Of a stretch of 40,919 nucleotides of DNA, positions 1-10,665 are shown one piece after another (within the stretch, counting starts at the first letter, position 1; each line of letters opens with the position of its first letter). Position numbers and translations under genes: made by a program. The stretch lies in the NCBI GenBank assembly GCA_029246845.1, contig JAQWMJ010000039.1:1-40919 (forward strand). The letters are read 5' to 3'. The notes below the pieces were generated by a model. That model did no database searches. It worked only from the letters and a program-made list of their open reading frames with translations, and had not been told where the DNA came from. Source of the stretch: Thermodesulfobacteriota bacterium. GTDB taxonomy: Bacteria > Desulfobacterota_D > UBA1144.

Positions 1-272
1 AGCTTCATTAAAGAGTCAATGGTCTGCTGGGTAGGTTCGAGAATATCAACAAGGCGCTTATGTGTTCTCATCTCAAAATGTTCACGAGAATTTTTGTAAA
101 CATGTGGAGCTCTTAAAACACAAGTTCTAGATATATTGGTCGGAAGTGGTATCGGACCTGCAACCTTAGCACCGGTTCTCTTAACCGTGTCAACAATCTC
201 AAAAGTAGACTTATCTAATAATCTATGATCAAAAGATTTAAGCTTTATTCTAACTTTTGGTGCGGTTTCCAT
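1..272 (-). CDS. rpsJ: 30S ribosomal protein S10 (3' end runs off the window)
   Basis: Hand translation from ATG at 272: [22 protein letters not shown]...GPIPLPT...[24 protein letters not shown]. Lies directly downstream of tuf. Not in the ORF track. Confidence 0.97.
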   Translation of the reverse strand, partial: METAPKVRIKLKSFDHRLLDKSTFEIVDTVKRTGAKVAGPIPLPTNISRTCVLRAPHVYKNSREHFEMRTHKRLVDILEPTQQTIDSLMK

Positions 273-294
273 ATTTCTCTCTTTTTAATAAAAT

Positions 295-1488
295 TTACTC
301 TGTAATTTTAGTAATAACTCCTGCACCTACTGTTCTACCGCCTTCTCTAATAGAAAACTTTAGACCTTCAACCATAGCTACTGGAACTATTAATTCTACA
401 TTCATTTTTGTGTTGTCGCCAGGCATAACCATTTCAACACCTTCTCCAAGTTCGATGGAGCCTGTTACGTCTGTTGTTCTAAAATAAAATTGTGGTCTAT
501 ATCCTTTAAAGAATGGAGTATGTCTTCCACCTTCTTCTTTTTTTAGAACATAAACTTCTGCTTCAAATTTTTTATGTGGCGTAATAGATCCCGGTGCACA
601 TAGCACTTGTCCTCTTTCAACATCATCTTTTTCGACGCCTCTTAAAAGAACTCCTACGTTATCGCCAGCTTCAGCGTAATCCAAAATCTTTCTAAACATT
701 TCTAGACTAGTAGCAGTAGTTTCTGTTGTATCTTTTATTCCAACTATTTGAATTTTATCACCTGAATTAATTTTTCCTGCTTCCACTCTTCCAGTTACAA
801 CTGTTCCTCTTCCTGAAATTGAAAAAACATCCTCAATTGCAAGAGAAAAAGGTAAGTCTAAAGCTCTTTCTGGTTGTGGTATCCATTCATCTACCTTCGC
901 CATCAATTCCAGAATAGCCTCTTCGCCTGTTTTAGGATCTTTTCCTTCAACCGCCGCTAAAGCTGAACCTGAGACTATAGGTGTATTATCACCATCGAAT
1001 CCGTACTCAGTTAATAGTTCACGTACTTCGAGCTCAACTAATTCTATCAACTCAAGGTCTCCACCTAGTTGATCAACTTTATTTAAGAATATAACTAATT
1101 TAGGAACTCCAACTTGTCTAGCAAGTAATATGTGCTCTCTTGTTTGTGGCATAGGGCCATCAGTTGCACTAACTACTAAAATACCACCATCCATTTGGGC
1201 AGCACCTGTAATCATATTTTTTACATAATCTGCGTGTCCTGGACAGTCAACGTGGGCATAATGTCTAGCTTCAGTTTCATATTCGACGTGAGCAGTATTA
1301 ATTGTAATACCTCTTTCCTTTTCTTCTGGTGCATTATCAATATCAGCGTATGACATAGCATCTCCGCCACCAGCTTTTGCTAAAGTCATACTAATAGCTT
1401 CTGTTAACGTAGTTTTTCCATGATCAACATGACCGATTGTACCTATATTACAATGAGGTTTATTCCTCTCAAATTTTTCTTTAGACAT
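295..1488 (-). CDS. tuf: Elongation factor Tu
   Basis: [29 protein letters not shown] and NKVD motifs, with [10 protein letters not shown] near the C-terminus. AGGAGG SD upstream. Confidence 0.99.
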   Translation of the reverse strand: MSKEKFERNKPHCNIGTIGHVDHGKTTLTEAISMTLAKAGGGDAMSYADIDNAPEEKERGITINTAHVEYETEARHYAHVDCPGHADYVKNMITGAAQMDGGILVVSATDGPMPQTREHILLARQVGVPKLVIFLNKVDQLGGDLELIELVELEVRELLTEYGFDGDNTPIVSGSALAAVEGKDPKTGEEAILELMAKVDEWIPQPERALDLPFSLAIEDVFSISGRGTVVTGRVEAGKINSGDKIQIVGIKDTTETTATSLEMFRKILDYAEAGDNVGVLLRGVEKDDVERGQVLCAPGSITPHKKFEAEVYVLKKEEGGRHTPFFKGYRPQFYFRTTDVTGSIELGEGVEMVMPGDNTKMNVELIVPVAMVEGLKFSIREGGRTVGAGVITKITE

Positions 1489-1515
1489 CTTATATGTCCC
1501 TCCTAAATAATGACA

Positions 1516-3588
1516 TTACGCTTCTTCTAATTTCATCTTTTCGTAAATATGCTGTGGCACATCACTATAAGTTGAAAACTCCATTGTAAAGGTTGCACGG
1601 CCTTCTGTCAAGGAACGTACATCAGTAGCATATCCAAACATTTCAGATAAAGGAACCTCTGTCTGAACTCCTTGTAGTTCGCCTCTTGATTCTGTACCTT
1701 GAATTCTTCCTCTTCTTGAGTTCAAATCACCAATAACAGTTCCCATGAAATCTTCTGGAACCACAACTTCAACTTTCATTACTGGTTCAAGCACAACAGC
1801 CCCAGCCCTTCTCACAGCATCCTTAAACGCAAGAGATCCTGCAATCTTAAAGGCCATTTCGGATGAATCGACATCATGGAAAGAACCATCATAAAGTGTT
1901 ACTTTTACATCAACAACTTCATAACCAGCGACAACTCCGCCAAGCATTGCTTCTCTTACGCCTTTTTCAACAGCAGGTATAAATTCTTTTGGAATAGTTC
2001 CACCTTTAATTTTGTCTACAAATTCAAAACCTCCACCAGTTTCAAGTGGCTCGATTCTAATTTTTACATGTCCATATTGACCCTTACCGCCAGTCTGTTT
2101 TATATACTTTTGCTCAGCTTCACTTTCTTTTCTGATAGTTTCCCTATATGCAACTTGAGGTGCTCCTACATTAGCCTCAACACTGAATTCTCTTTTAAGC
2201 CTATCAACAATTATTTCAAGGTGCAACTCACCCATTCCAGCGATAATAGTCTGGTTTGTTTCGTGATCAACCTTAACTTTAAATGATGGATCTTCTATTG
2301 CTAACTTGCTGAGAGCCATTCCTAATTTTTCCTGATCTGCTTTGGTGTTTGGTTCAATAGCTACTGAGATTACAGGATCCGGAAAATTTAAACTTTCTAA
2401 AACTATAGGATTGGACTTGTCACATAAAGTTTCACCGGTATAAGTATTTTTTAGTCCAACAGCTGCAGCAATATCGCCAGCACAAACAGAAGTAATATCT
2501 TCTCTCTTATCTGCATGCATTTTAAGTAATCTTCCAACTCTTTCGGTTGCATTCTTAGTAGGATTAAAAACAGCTGATCCAGAATTTAGAACTCCCGAAT
2601 AAACCCTAATATATGTAATAGTTCCTACAAAAGGGTCAGTCATAATTTTGAATGCTAGAGCTGAGAGTGGCTCGTCATCGCTAGGTATTCTTTCCATTTC
2701 TTTAGACTCATCATCAACATCTGTTCCTTTAATTGGTGGTATATCTAAAGGTGATGGTAGATACCTTTTTACAGCATCTAAGAGTAGCTGAACACCCTTG
2801 TTTTTGAAGGCTGAACCACATATAACTGGAACTATGTCTAGATTAATTGTTTGTTTTCTTATAGCAGCAATTATTCTATCTCTTTCAATATCTTTTCCTT
2901 CCAAATAGTCTTCCATTATTGATTCATCATTATCGGATAATAATTCAAGCATATTGTCTCTCGTAGACTTGGCTTCTTCTAATATTTCTTCAGGGACATC
3001 AACAAGGCTAAACTTTGCACCCAAGGTTTCTCCGTCCCATATTGCCAACTTCATTTCAATTAAATCAATAATCCCTTCGAAAAGGTCATCCTTGAAATAT
3101 GGCAGATGTAGTCTTACTGGGTTTGAACCCAAGCGAGACTTTATTTGATCCACAGTTCTTTGAAAATTTGCACCTGTACGATCCATTTTATTAACAAAAC
3201 ACATCCTTGGTACGTTATATCTATCAGCTTGTCTCCAAACAGTCTCGGATTGAGGCTCTACACCACCTACGCTATCAAAAACGACACATGCCCCATCCAG
3301 AACCTTCAAAGAACGCTCAACTTCAATTGTAAAATCAACGTGCCCGGGAGTGTCTATTATGTTTATATCAATTCCATCCCAACTACAAGCAGTTGTTGCT
3401 GAAGTAATCGTGATACCTCTTTCTCTTTCTTGCTCCATCCAATCCATGGTAGCTGCACCATCATGTACTTCGCCTATTTTATAACTTTTTCCAGTATAAA
3501 AAAGAATTCTTTCTGTTGTTGTTGTTTTACCTGCATCGATATGTGCAACAATCCCGATATTTCTAACTAAATTTAAATCTTTGCTCAT
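1516..3588 (-). CDS. fusA: Elongation factor G
   Basis: [27 protein letters not shown] and GMGELHLEI motifs. Sits between rpsG and tuf. Confidence 0.99.
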   Translation of the reverse strand: MSKDLNLVRNIGIVAHIDAGKTTTTERILFYTGKSYKIGEVHDGAATMDWMEQERERGITITSATTACSWDGIDINIIDTPGHVDFTIEVERSLKVLDGACVVFDSVGGVEPQSETVWRQADRYNVPRMCFVNKMDRTGANFQRTVDQIKSRLGSNPVRLHLPYFKDDLFEGIIDLIEMKLAIWDGETLGAKFSLVDVPEEILEEAKSTRDNMLELLSDNDESIMEDYLEGKDIERDRIIAAIRKQTINLDIVPVICGSAFKNKGVQLLLDAVKRYLPSPLDIPPIKGTDVDDESKEMERIPSDDEPLSALAFKIMTDPFVGTITYIRVYSGVLNSGSAVFNPTKNATERVGRLLKMHADKREDITSVCAGDIAAAVGLKNTYTGETLCDKSNPIVLESLNFPDPVISVAIEPNTKADQEKLGMALSKLAIEDPSFKVKVDHETNQTIIAGMGELHLEIIVDRLKREFSVEANVGAPQVAYRETIRKESEAEQKYIKQTGGKGQYGHVKIRIEPLETGGGFEFVDKIKGGTIPKEFIPAVEKGVREAMLGGVVAGYEVVDVKVTLYDGSFHDVDSSEMAFKIAGSLAFKDAVRRAGAVVLEPVMKVEVVVPEDFMGTVIGDLNSRRGRIQGTESRGELQGVQTEVPLSEMFGYATDVRSLTEGRATFTMEFSTYSDVPQHIYEKMKLEEA

Positions 3589-3600
3589 TTTTAATATGAC

Positions 3601-4071
3601 CTACCAGCGATAATGTGAAAAGGCTCTGTTAGCTTCAGCCATTTTCAAGGTGTCTTCTTTTTTCTTAGCTGCTCCACCCTTGTTGTCTTTTGCATCCATA
3701 AGCTCGGAAGCTAATTTTAGAGCCATGCTCTTACCATCTCTTTTTCTTGCAGCTGTTAAAATCCATCTGATAGCAAGGGAATTCTTCCTTGAAGAGGTTA
3801 CCTCTACGGGAACTTGATATGTGGCACCGCCAACCCTTCTTGATCTTACCTCAACTGTAGGCTGAATATTCTTAAAAGCCTCTTCGAAAACTTCCAAAGG
3901 GTCCGCCTTTGTTTTATCTTTTATTATGTCTAATGAATCATAGAATATTGTCTCAGCTATGCTCTTTTTACCATCAACCATCAACGAGTTTATAAACTTA
4001 GATATAGAAACCTTATTATATTTGGTATCAGGTGCTGGTATATTATTTTTAATTGGTCCTTTTCTAGCCAT
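3601..4071 (-). CDS. rpsG: 30S ribosomal protein S7
   Basis: [11 protein letters not shown] and [13 protein letters not shown] motifs. str operon position. Confidence 0.99.
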   Translation of the reverse strand: MARKGPIKNNIPAPDTKYNKVSISKFINSLMVDGKKSIAETIFYDSLDIIKDKTKADPLEVFEEAFKNIQPTVEVRSRRVGGATYQVPVEVTSSRKNSLAIRWILTAARKRDGKSMALKLASELMDAKDNKGGAAKKKEDTLKMAEANRAFSHYRW

Positions 4072-4085
4072 ATGAAAAAATATCC

Positions 4086-4463
4086 TTAATTAGACTTTGG
4101 TTTTTTTGTCCCGTACTTGGATCTAGATTGCTTTCTTCCCTCAACACCAGTGGTATCAAGAGAGCCTCTAACTATGTGATACCTAACGCCAGGTAAGTCT
4201 TTAACTCTTCCACCTCTAATCAATACAACTGAATGTTCTTGCAATTTGTGCCCTTCACCAGGAATGTATCCTGTTACCTCAATTCCATTTGTAAGTCTGA
4301 TTCTTGCAACTTTTCTTAAAGCAGAATTAGGTTTTTTAGGTGTAGTTGTATAAACACGTGTACAAACACCTCTTTTTTGAGGATTATTTTGCAATGCCCT
4401 AGACTTACTTTTCTTCTTTTCAGTAAATCTAGCATTTTTAGCTAGTTGGGTTATTGTAGGCAT
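4086..4463 (-). CDS. rpsL: 30S ribosomal protein S12 (start corrected to MPTITQL at 4463)
   Basis: [13 protein letters not shown] and GGRVKDLPG motifs. GAGGA SD just upstream of the ATG at 4463. Confidence 0.98.
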   Translation of the reverse strand: MPTITQLAKNARFTEKKKSKSRALQNNPQKRGVCTRVYTTTPKKPNSALRKVARIRLTNGIEVTGYIPGEGHKLQEHSVVLIRGGRVKDLPGVRYHIVRGSLDTTGVEGRKQSRSKYGTKKPKSN

Positions 4464-4487
4464 AATTTCCTCATATTTAATCCTTGA

Positions 4488-4515
4488 AATATGCCACACT
4501 TGTTTAGTATGTCAA
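4488..4515 (-). promoter_or_regulatory. Putative sigma70 promoter of the str operon
   Basis: Minus strand TTGACA (4515-4510), 16 nt spacer, CATATT (4493-4488), with TGTG immediately upstream of the -10 (extended -10 pattern). Confidence 0.6.
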
Positions 4516-4520
4516 GAGTA

Positions 4521-5795
4521 TTAAGCAATTTTTATCAGACCTTTTTTCCCTATATCTTTTCTATAAACCAAATTAGAGGAATCTATCTTGTCAATAGATC
4601 TGTATACTGAAGAAATTGCATCTCTTAGAGTATTGCCTTCAGCAGTTACACCCAACACTCTTCCGCCATTGATTTTTATATCACCTTCTTCTTTTGTTGT
4701 ACCTGCATGAAAAATTACTACACCCTCATCAGAAAAATCCAATAAATTTTTAATTGAAAGACCAATTTCATACTTTGCTGGATATCCTTTGGCGGCCATC
4801 ACGACAGTAACAGAATATTTATTCTTCCATTCTAATTTATATTTAGAAAGTTCTTCTTTAGCTGTCATATAAAAAAGATCAAAAGCGTCAGAGTCTAGCC
4901 TATACAAGAGTGGCTGAGTTTCAGGGTCACCAAAACGACAATTAAATTCTACTACCTTAGGCTTTTTATCTTTTATCATTAAACCAATATATAGAACCCC
5001 TGTATAATCAATTTTATCTCTTTTGAATCCAGAGAATACTGGTTCTACAATATCCAACATTATATTTTTTCTTGTTTCTTGATCAATAACAGGTGCAGGA
5101 GAATAAGCACCCATACCTCCAGTATTCGGACCAAGGTCACCATCAAGAAGTCTTTTGTGGTCCTGAGAAGAGTCTAAAGGTAAAATTGATTTCCCATCTG
5201 TAAAAACGAAAAAAGAAGCTTCTTCCCCCTCAAGAAAGTCTTCAATAACGACTTTGTCCCCAGAAGTTGAGAATATTTTATCTTGCATTATAAATATTAA
5301 AAATTCATTTGCTTCCTCAAAACTGTAACAAACACGGACTCCTTTACCAGCGGCTAGTCCATCAGCTTTGACAACCAAGGGATATTGTGATTTTTTAATA
5401 TGTTTATGGGCTAAATGAAAATCTGAAAAGCTCTCAAAATTAGCAGTAGGTATAGAATTCTTCTTCATGAAAATTTTCGAAAATTCTTTACTTGATTCCA
5501 ATTGAGAAGAGTGTTGATTAGGACCAAATATTAATAATTTATTTTTTCTGAACAAATCAACTATTCCAATTGCTAACGGTTGCTCTGGTCCGACTATTGT
5601 TAAATCTACTTTTTCATTAATTGCAAAAGCAAGTAGTGAATCTATATTGTCAGATTTGATATCCACCGTGTTTACTATGGAATCTATTCCCGCATTTCCC
5701 GGAGCGCAAAAGATTTTGGATACCTTAGGGCTTTTTAATATAGACCAACATATTGCATGCTCTCTTCCACCAGATCCAACAACTAGAACTTTCAT
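4521..5795 (-). CDS. purD: Phosphoribosylamine--glycine ligase
   Basis: GSGGREHA, APGNAG, KADGLAAGKGV, GPNTGGMGAYSP and EFNCRFGDPETQ motifs. Confidence 0.98.
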   Translation of the reverse strand: MKVLVVGSGGREHAICWSILKSPKVSKIFCAPGNAGIDSIVNTVDIKSDNIDSLLAFAINEKVDLTIVGPEQPLAIGIVDLFRKNKLLIFGPNQHSSQLESSKEFSKIFMKKNSIPTANFESFSDFHLAHKHIKKSQYPLVVKADGLAAGKGVRVCYSFEEANEFLIFIMQDKIFSTSGDKVVIEDFLEGEEASFFVFTDGKSILPLDSSQDHKRLLDGDLGPNTGGMGAYSPAPVIDQETRKNIMLDIVEPVFSGFKRDKIDYTGVLYIGLMIKDKKPKVVEFNCRFGDPETQPLLYRLDSDAFDLFYMTAKEELSKYKLEWKNKYSVTVVMAAKGYPAKYEIGLSIKNLLDFSDEGVVIFHAGTTKEEGDIKINGGRVLGVTAEGNTLRDAISSVYRSIDKIDSSNLVYRKDIGKKGLIKIA

Positions 5796-5802
5796 ACAAT
5801 GA

Positions 5803-5808
5803 ATTATA
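5803..5808 (-). promoter_or_regulatory. Putative -10 element, leaderless-type purD promoter
   Basis: TATAAT 7 nt upstream of the purD ATG. No SD in the 21-nt gap. Confidence 0.55.
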
Positions 5809-5816
5809 ATAAATTT

Positions 5817-7604
5817 TTAGGCTACTGTAACTACCTTGGCTAAATTTCTTGGCTGATCTATTGATAAATTATTCAGCTTTGCTAAATGGTAAGATAGCAA
5901 CTGAGCTAGAAGTGTGAAATAAAAAGGAAGAACACTAGGTGTTTTTTCTGGTATTGATATAAATTCAATCTGAGATAGAAATTCTGGGTCAATTAACTTA
6001 ATAGAACCTGTTGTAGCAAAAAGAATAATCTTCTTCGAACGTGTATGTGCTTCATATAGATTCATAATTTCCTTTAACACTGTACTCTTGTCGTTTGAAA
6101 GTAAATACAATATAGGAAAATTATTATCTAATAGAGCAATGGGCCCATGTTTCATTTCTGAGGAGAGTGAGCCCTCAGAATGAATATATGATATCTCTTT
6201 AATTTTCAAGGCGGCTTCTAGGGCTATAGGATAAGTGAAGTTTCTCCCCAAAATAAAGAAATTTTTAGCTTTATAGAATTTTTCTGCGATCTTCTTAACA
6301 TCTTCTTCAACATTAAAGAAGGTTTTATAATCTAAATCTAACTTAGGAATTGTGACTTTGCTGCCTTCATTAAAACAAAAAGACATAAGATGTAATATTG
6401 CAATTTGTCCAGTAAACGTTTTAGTGGCTGCAACTCCTTTTTCAATACCTAAGGATAAGTTAATACTATCTTTAGTATTCTTAACTAATCTAGAATCTAC
6501 ATTATTAACAATAGATAGAGAATCTTTAAAGAACTCTTTGTTAGATTCAATTAAGTCACATGTATCAGCAGTTTCACCTGATTGTGAAATAAAAATATAC
6601 AACGCTTTTTTAAGATTTTGATTAAAAAAAGTAAACTCAGATGGCCTATAAATAGAGGTAGGTATCTTACTGATGGATTCAAAATAGTATTTACCCAACA
6701 TGGCCGCATTATATGAAGAGCCACAACCAATTATTACAATCTCTTTTGGTCTCCCCTTTTCTCTTATTTTATCCAAAATATCCTTTGGGTTATTAAATAA
6801 TTTAGGTATTAAAGATTTCTGAGAAATCATCTCATTATATGTAATGGAGTTAGATTTGGAGACTATATTATTAGAGAGATTAGAATTTCTTTTATATTTT
6901 AAGAGCTTAACTTCTACTTTCTTATATTTTGAGTTAAAACATATAAAGCCTTGGCTGTTTACCTCTAGAACCTCCTCGTTCTTTAAAAAATAATAAGAAT
7001 CTAAGTCAACCTTCATTGCATTTGTATCTGAGGAAAATATTGATTGCTTATCTTTTTTTAGACCAAAAAATAGTGGTGTTTTATTTTTATAGGAAACTAA
7101 AATTTCTGGTTGAGTTTTATCTAAACAAAGAAAAGCATTTGAACCTTTTAAAATTTTTCCTACTTCAAAGACGGCTTTAGAAAGATTCTTCTCTATAGAG
7201 TAAAAATATTCAACAAGCTGAACTATAACTTCAGAGTCAGTTTCAGTAACAAACTTATTATTAATTAAATATTTACTTTTTTTTAATTCATGAAAATTTT
7301 CCACTATTCCGTTGTGAACCAACAATATTTTCTTGCAAGAATGTGGGTGACAATTTTTCAAAGTAGGTTTGCCATGGGTAGCCCACCTTGTATGTCCTAA
7401 AATTAAAGATGATTTAACTTTCTTATCAACCTTTTGTTCTAGACTATCTATTTTTTTAGTTGTTTTACAAGTTATAAAGTTATTCTTTTTTAGATATGAG
7501 AGTCCAGCAGAATCATAACCGCGATATTCAAGCTCTCTTAAGGATTTAAAAAAGGATTGAAATTCAATTTCTTTTTTAGAATAGATGCTATAAATTCCAC
7601 ACAT
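5817..7604 (-). CDS. glmS: Glutamine--fructose-6-phosphate aminotransferase (divergent)
   Basis: N-terminal MCGI, LEYRGYDSAG, GHTRWATHG, HNGIVEN, SQSGETAD, VAATKTF, EMKHGP and PRNLAK motifs. Follows glmU. Confidence 0.95.
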   Translation of the reverse strand: MCGIYSIYSKKEIEFQSFFKSLRELEYRGYDSAGLSYLKKNNFITCKTTKKIDSLEQKVDKKVKSSLILGHTRWATHGKPTLKNCHPHSCKKILLVHNGIVENFHELKKSKYLINNKFVTETDSEVIVQLVEYFYSIEKNLSKAVFEVGKILKGSNAFLCLDKTQPEILVSYKNKTPLFFGLKKDKQSIFSSDTNAMKVDLDSYYFLKNEEVLEVNSQGFICFNSKYKKVEVKLLKYKRNSNLSNNIVSKSNSITYNEMISQKSLIPKLFNNPKDILDKIREKGRPKEIVIIGCGSSYNAAMLGKYYFESISKIPTSIYRPSEFTFFNQNLKKALYIFISQSGETADTCDLIESNKEFFKDSLSIVNNVDSRLVKNTKDSINLSLGIEKGVAATKTFTGQIAILHLMSFCFNEGSKVTIPKLDLDYKTFFNVEEDVKKIAEKFYKAKNFFILGRNFTYPIALEAALKIKEISYIHSEGSLSSEMKHGPIALLDNNFPILYLLSNDKSTVLKEIMNLYEAHTRSKKIILFATTGSIKLIDPEFLSQIEFISIPEKTPSVLPFYFTLLAQLLSYHLAKLNNLSIDQPRNLAKVVTVA

Positions 7605-7606
7605 AA

Positions 7607-8986
7607 TTATTTCTTTGGCTTTCTTTTCCAGTTTGAGATATGTTTCTCTTTAACCCTTGTAACTGCCAATGTTTCCTCAGGTATATCTGAATTTAGAATT
7701 GAACCTGCACCAGTTGTCGAGCCTTTACCGAGAGTTATAGGAGCAATTAACATTGTATCACTTCCAATGAATACATTATCTTCGATAATAGTATTATGCT
7801 TATTGAATCCATCATAATTACAAGTAATAGTCCCAGCACCTACATTAACTTTGGATCCCATTTTAGTATCACCAACGTAGGACAAATGCGGAACCTTTGA
7901 ATCTTTACCAATCTTTGATTTCTTTATCTCAACGAAGTTTCCAATTTTTGCTTTATTATTAATTTCATTACCCGGGCGTAGATTAGTGAATGGGCCTATT
8001 TGAACTTCAGATCCAATTTGTGAATTCTCAATTGAAGTAAAAGGTTTAACTAGAGTTCCTTTACCTATAAAAGAGTTGGATATAAAAGCACTACCTTCGA
8101 TTTTAACATCTTCTTTTATTTCTGTTTTGCCTTTAAGTATTACATTAGGGCCAATAAAAACATTTTTGGATATTTTTACTTCTAAGTCTTTTTGGAAAGT
8201 ATTTGGATCAGCTAAGAAAATATTATTCTTTATACATTCTTCATAAGTGAACATTTTATCAAGTTCATGAGCTTTACGATAATCATCAAAAGTATTAATA
8301 TTAATAAACTTTCTTTCGTCTTTAATAGGGACAGAATCAATCCTCATTCCGTTTCTTGCAAATATATTAACCAAATCAGTTAAATAATATTCGGAGTTTT
8401 TATTCTTCTTTATTTTTTTAATTAAATCTTTTAGATGTTTTGTTGCAACTAAATATAAACCAGAATTTACCTCTTTAATTAACCTCTGCTCATTATTACA
8501 GTCCCTTTCTTCTACTATGTCTAATATTTGTCCATCATTATCTCTTAGTATCCTACCATAACCAAAAGGGGAAGCAGGTGTAGAGGTTGCTATAGTAAAA
8601 ACAGATTTGTTTTTACTATATTGAGACAAAGCTTGCCTGATAGTTTCTACATCAACAAAAGGAGTATCGCCATTTATAATTAGTGATACTGAATCATCAT
8701 CAAGTTTTTTATAAGCTTTTTTAACAGCATCACCAGTTCCAAGCTGTTCTTTTTGAGTTACAAATTCTATGTTTTTGTAATCTAATTTTTCTGCTAGATT
8801 GACAACAAGCTCTTTTTTAAAACCAGCAACAATAATGATTTTACTGGGTTTTAATTGATTAAGATTAAATAAACTTCTTTCAAGTAAAGTTTTACCGTTA
8901 ATTGGCAATATAACTTTTGGTAAATTAAATTTCAGTCTTGAACTTTTACCAGCACATAATAAAACAATATTAATTTTAATAGTCAT
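7607..8986 (-). CDS. glmU: Bifunctional UDP-GlcNAc pyrophosphorylase / glucosamine-1-P acetyltransferase
   Basis: QLGTGDAV, GYGRI, EVNSG, EYYLTD, GNFVEIKK, HLSYVGD and CNYDG motifs, plus hexapeptide repeats. Confidence 0.96.
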   Translation of the reverse strand: MTIKINIVLLCAGKSSRLKFNLPKVILPINGKTLLERSLFNLNQLKPSKIIIVAGFKKELVVNLAEKLDYKNIEFVTQKEQLGTGDAVKKAYKKLDDDSVSLIINGDTPFVDVETIRQALSQYSKNKSVFTIATSTPASPFGYGRILRDNDGQILDIVEERDCNNEQRLIKEVNSGLYLVATKHLKDLIKKIKKNKNSEYYLTDLVNIFARNGMRIDSVPIKDERKFININTFDDYRKAHELDKMFTYEECIKNNIFLADPNTFQKDLEVKISKNVFIGPNVILKGKTEIKEDVKIEGSAFISNSFIGKGTLVKPFTSIENSQIGSEVQIGPFTNLRPGNEINNKAKIGNFVEIKKSKIGKDSKVPHLSYVGDTKMGSKVNVGAGTITCNYDGFNKHNTIIEDNVFIGSDTMLIAPITLGKGSTTGAGSILNSDIPEETLAVTRVKEKHISNWKRKPKK

Positions 8987-9403
8987 TTAGAATGGGACGT
9001 CATCACTGGATGAACTTTCGATATCAAAATCATCTAGGAAGTTGTCATCGCCAGTTTGAGCTGAGCCTCCAGCTTTAGAATCAACAAATTGAAAATTATT
9101 TACAACAACCTCTGTAATAAACTTTTTCTCACCACTTTTATCCTCATAAGACCTGCTCTCTAGTGATCCTTCTATATAAATTTGATTCCCTTTTTTAAAA
9201 TACTGTCCAATAACTTCTCCAGTTTTTCTCCAAGCAACACAACGATGCCATGATGTTTTATCAACTTTTTCGCCAGATTTATTTTTGTAGTTAATTGAAG
9301 TTGCAATGTTAAAGGAAGCCACTGGAGTTTGATCTTGTGTATACCTCACTTCAGGATCAGCACCAAGTCTTCCAAGAAGAATTACTTTATTTACACTACC
9401 CAT
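8987..9403 (-). CDS. ssb: Single-stranded DNA-binding protein
   Basis: VNKVILLGRLGADPE OB fold, WHR motif and acidic C-terminal DDVPF. Confidence 0.98.
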   Translation of the reverse strand: MGSVNKVILLGRLGADPEVRYTQDQTPVASFNIATSINYKNKSGEKVDKTSWHRCVAWRKTGEVIGQYFKKGNQIYIEGSLESRSYEDKSGEKKFITEVVVNNFQFVDSKAGGSAQTGDDNFLDDFDIESSSSDDVPF

Positions 9404-9409
9404 TTTTTT

Positions 9410-9418
9410 ATTCTATCA
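9410..9418 (-). promoter_or_regulatory. Putative extended -10 (TGn-TAGAAT), leaderless-type ssb promoter
   Basis: Minus strand reads TGA TAGAAT AAAAAA ATG, so the hexamer is 6 nt from the start codon. No SD. Confidence 0.6.
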
Positions 9419-9448
9419 CTTAAATAATTAAAGTAAAACATATAAATT

Positions 9449-10054
9449 CTATTCACAATAATTCTCAATCTCTTGGAGAAAGGCATAGAGGATCTTGCCT
9501 GTCATCCCCCAAATTTTATAACCTTGATAAAGAAATACATTGTCTTTATAAGGCTTAGCATATCTAGTTCCTATACGAGCACTATTACTCAAATTTGCAA
9601 GTAAAGCACTGATGGGTATCCAAACCATTTCTTCAACCTCATCTTCGCATCTTACTAGCTCGACATCTGGTTTATTTAAATAAAAAATAAAGGGGCTAAC
9701 AACAAATTTGTTTGCTTCTGGATTTACAGGCCTATAATCACTAAATCTACCTAAGATATCAGAGTACATTTCTAAATCTAGACCCACCTCTTCCTCTGTC
9801 TCTCTAATCGCGGTAGCTAGACTATCTTTGTCTATATTCTCTTTAACCCCACCTGGAAAAGCCATATGTCCTGAAAACTTATCTGAATCCCTAGTAGTTC
9901 TCTTTATAAATAAAATTTCATATCCAGAATTAATTTTCCTAATTATAATTGAGACCGAAGACTGAACTGATACTTTAGAGTGAGCTATAGGGGTAAATTT
10001 ATACTTATTGATAAAGTGATTTTTTAAATTTTCTAAAAAGCTTAAATCAGACAT
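9449..10054 (-). CDS. CoA pyrophosphatase-type Nudix hydrolase (NudL/Pcd1 family)
   Basis: NuCoA-like LFIKR...SGHMAFPGG followed by the Nudix box (AIRETEEEVGL) and C-terminal IWGMTG. Confidence 0.85.
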   Translation of the reverse strand: MSDLSFLENLKNHFINKYKFTPIAHSKVSVQSSVSIIIRKINSGYEILFIKRTTRDSDKFSGHMAFPGGVKENIDKDSLATAIRETEEEVGLDLEMYSDILGRFSDYRPVNPEANKFVVSPFIFYLNKPDVELVRCEDEVEEMVWIPISALLANLSNSARIGTRYAKPYKDNVFLYQGYKIWGMTGKILYAFLQEIENYCE

Positions 10055-10083
10055 TCTAAATTAAGAAGAAACTTAAGGAATTA

Positions 10084-10281
10084 TTATTTAGAAGGTTTTT
10101 TAACGGCAATCACTTTTTCTTCAGCAATTTCTCTTAGGGCTAAAACAACAGGCTTATTCTTTTCATCAGATAAAGATTTTGTACCATTATAAATACTTTT
10201 AGCTCTTTTCATTGCCGCTACGGAAAGTTCAAAACGATTTTGTACTTTTTCCAAACAATCTTCAATTGTAACTCTAGCCAT
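10084..10281 (-). CDS. rpoZ: RNA polymerase omega subunit
   Basis: [19 protein letters not shown]...[22 protein letters not shown] upstream. Confidence 0.97.
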   Translation of the reverse strand: MARVTIEDCLEKVQNRFELSVAAMKRAKSIYNGTKSLSDEKNKPVVLALREIAEEKVIAVKKPSK

Positions 10282-10326
10282 TATTTAATTTCCTTCCTTT
10301 CAGTTTAATGTATATTGATTAATGTA

Positions 10327-10665
10327 ATGGATGAAAAGAAAATATCAAATAGAATAAATATTCTGAATGAAGTTTTCTCAACTATTGAAGAAAGAAAGAA
10401 TAGCAAGGATAACGAAGATTCTTATGTTTCATCGTTATTCAAAGATGGTCTTGAAAGAATCCATTCCAAAATAAGCGAAGAATCTGCTGAATCTATTGAA
10501 GCGTCACAGAACGGTGAAAGAGATAAAATCATATATGAATATTCTGATTTGTTATTTCATATGATGGTGGGCCTATCTTACCATGATATTAAAATGGACG
10601 ACATCTGTTCTGAGCTTGAAAGAAGAGTTGGAAAAAAGAAAAAAGATTATACTTTAGATGAATGA
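10327..10665 (+). CDS. hisE: Phosphoribosyl-ATP pyrophosphatase (stand-alone)
   Basis: IEERK...SYVSSLF...KISEES.E...E.SDLLFH...ELERR matches the HisE pattern. Start taken at ATG 10327 rather than TTG 10315. Confidence 0.88.
   Translation: MDEKKISNRINILNEVFSTIEERKNSKDNEDSYVSSLFKDGLERIHSKISEESAESIEASQNGERDKIIYEYSDLLFHMMVGLSYHDIKMDDICSELERRVGKKKKDYTLDE

Noticed and set aside
75..115. S10 tip loop [14 protein letters not shown] as a tetracycline-resistance allele
   Set aside because: The V57 equivalent is retained and the neighbouring residues vary naturally between phyla.
4464..4499. 12-aa N-terminal extension of S12 in the ORF track
   Set aside because: It overlaps the promoter and SD. The canonical MPT start at 4463 has its own SD.
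7604..7610. glmS ribozyme or other riboswitch
   Set aside because: The glmU-glmS gap is 2 nt, and none of the short intergenic regions shows a structured RNA leader.
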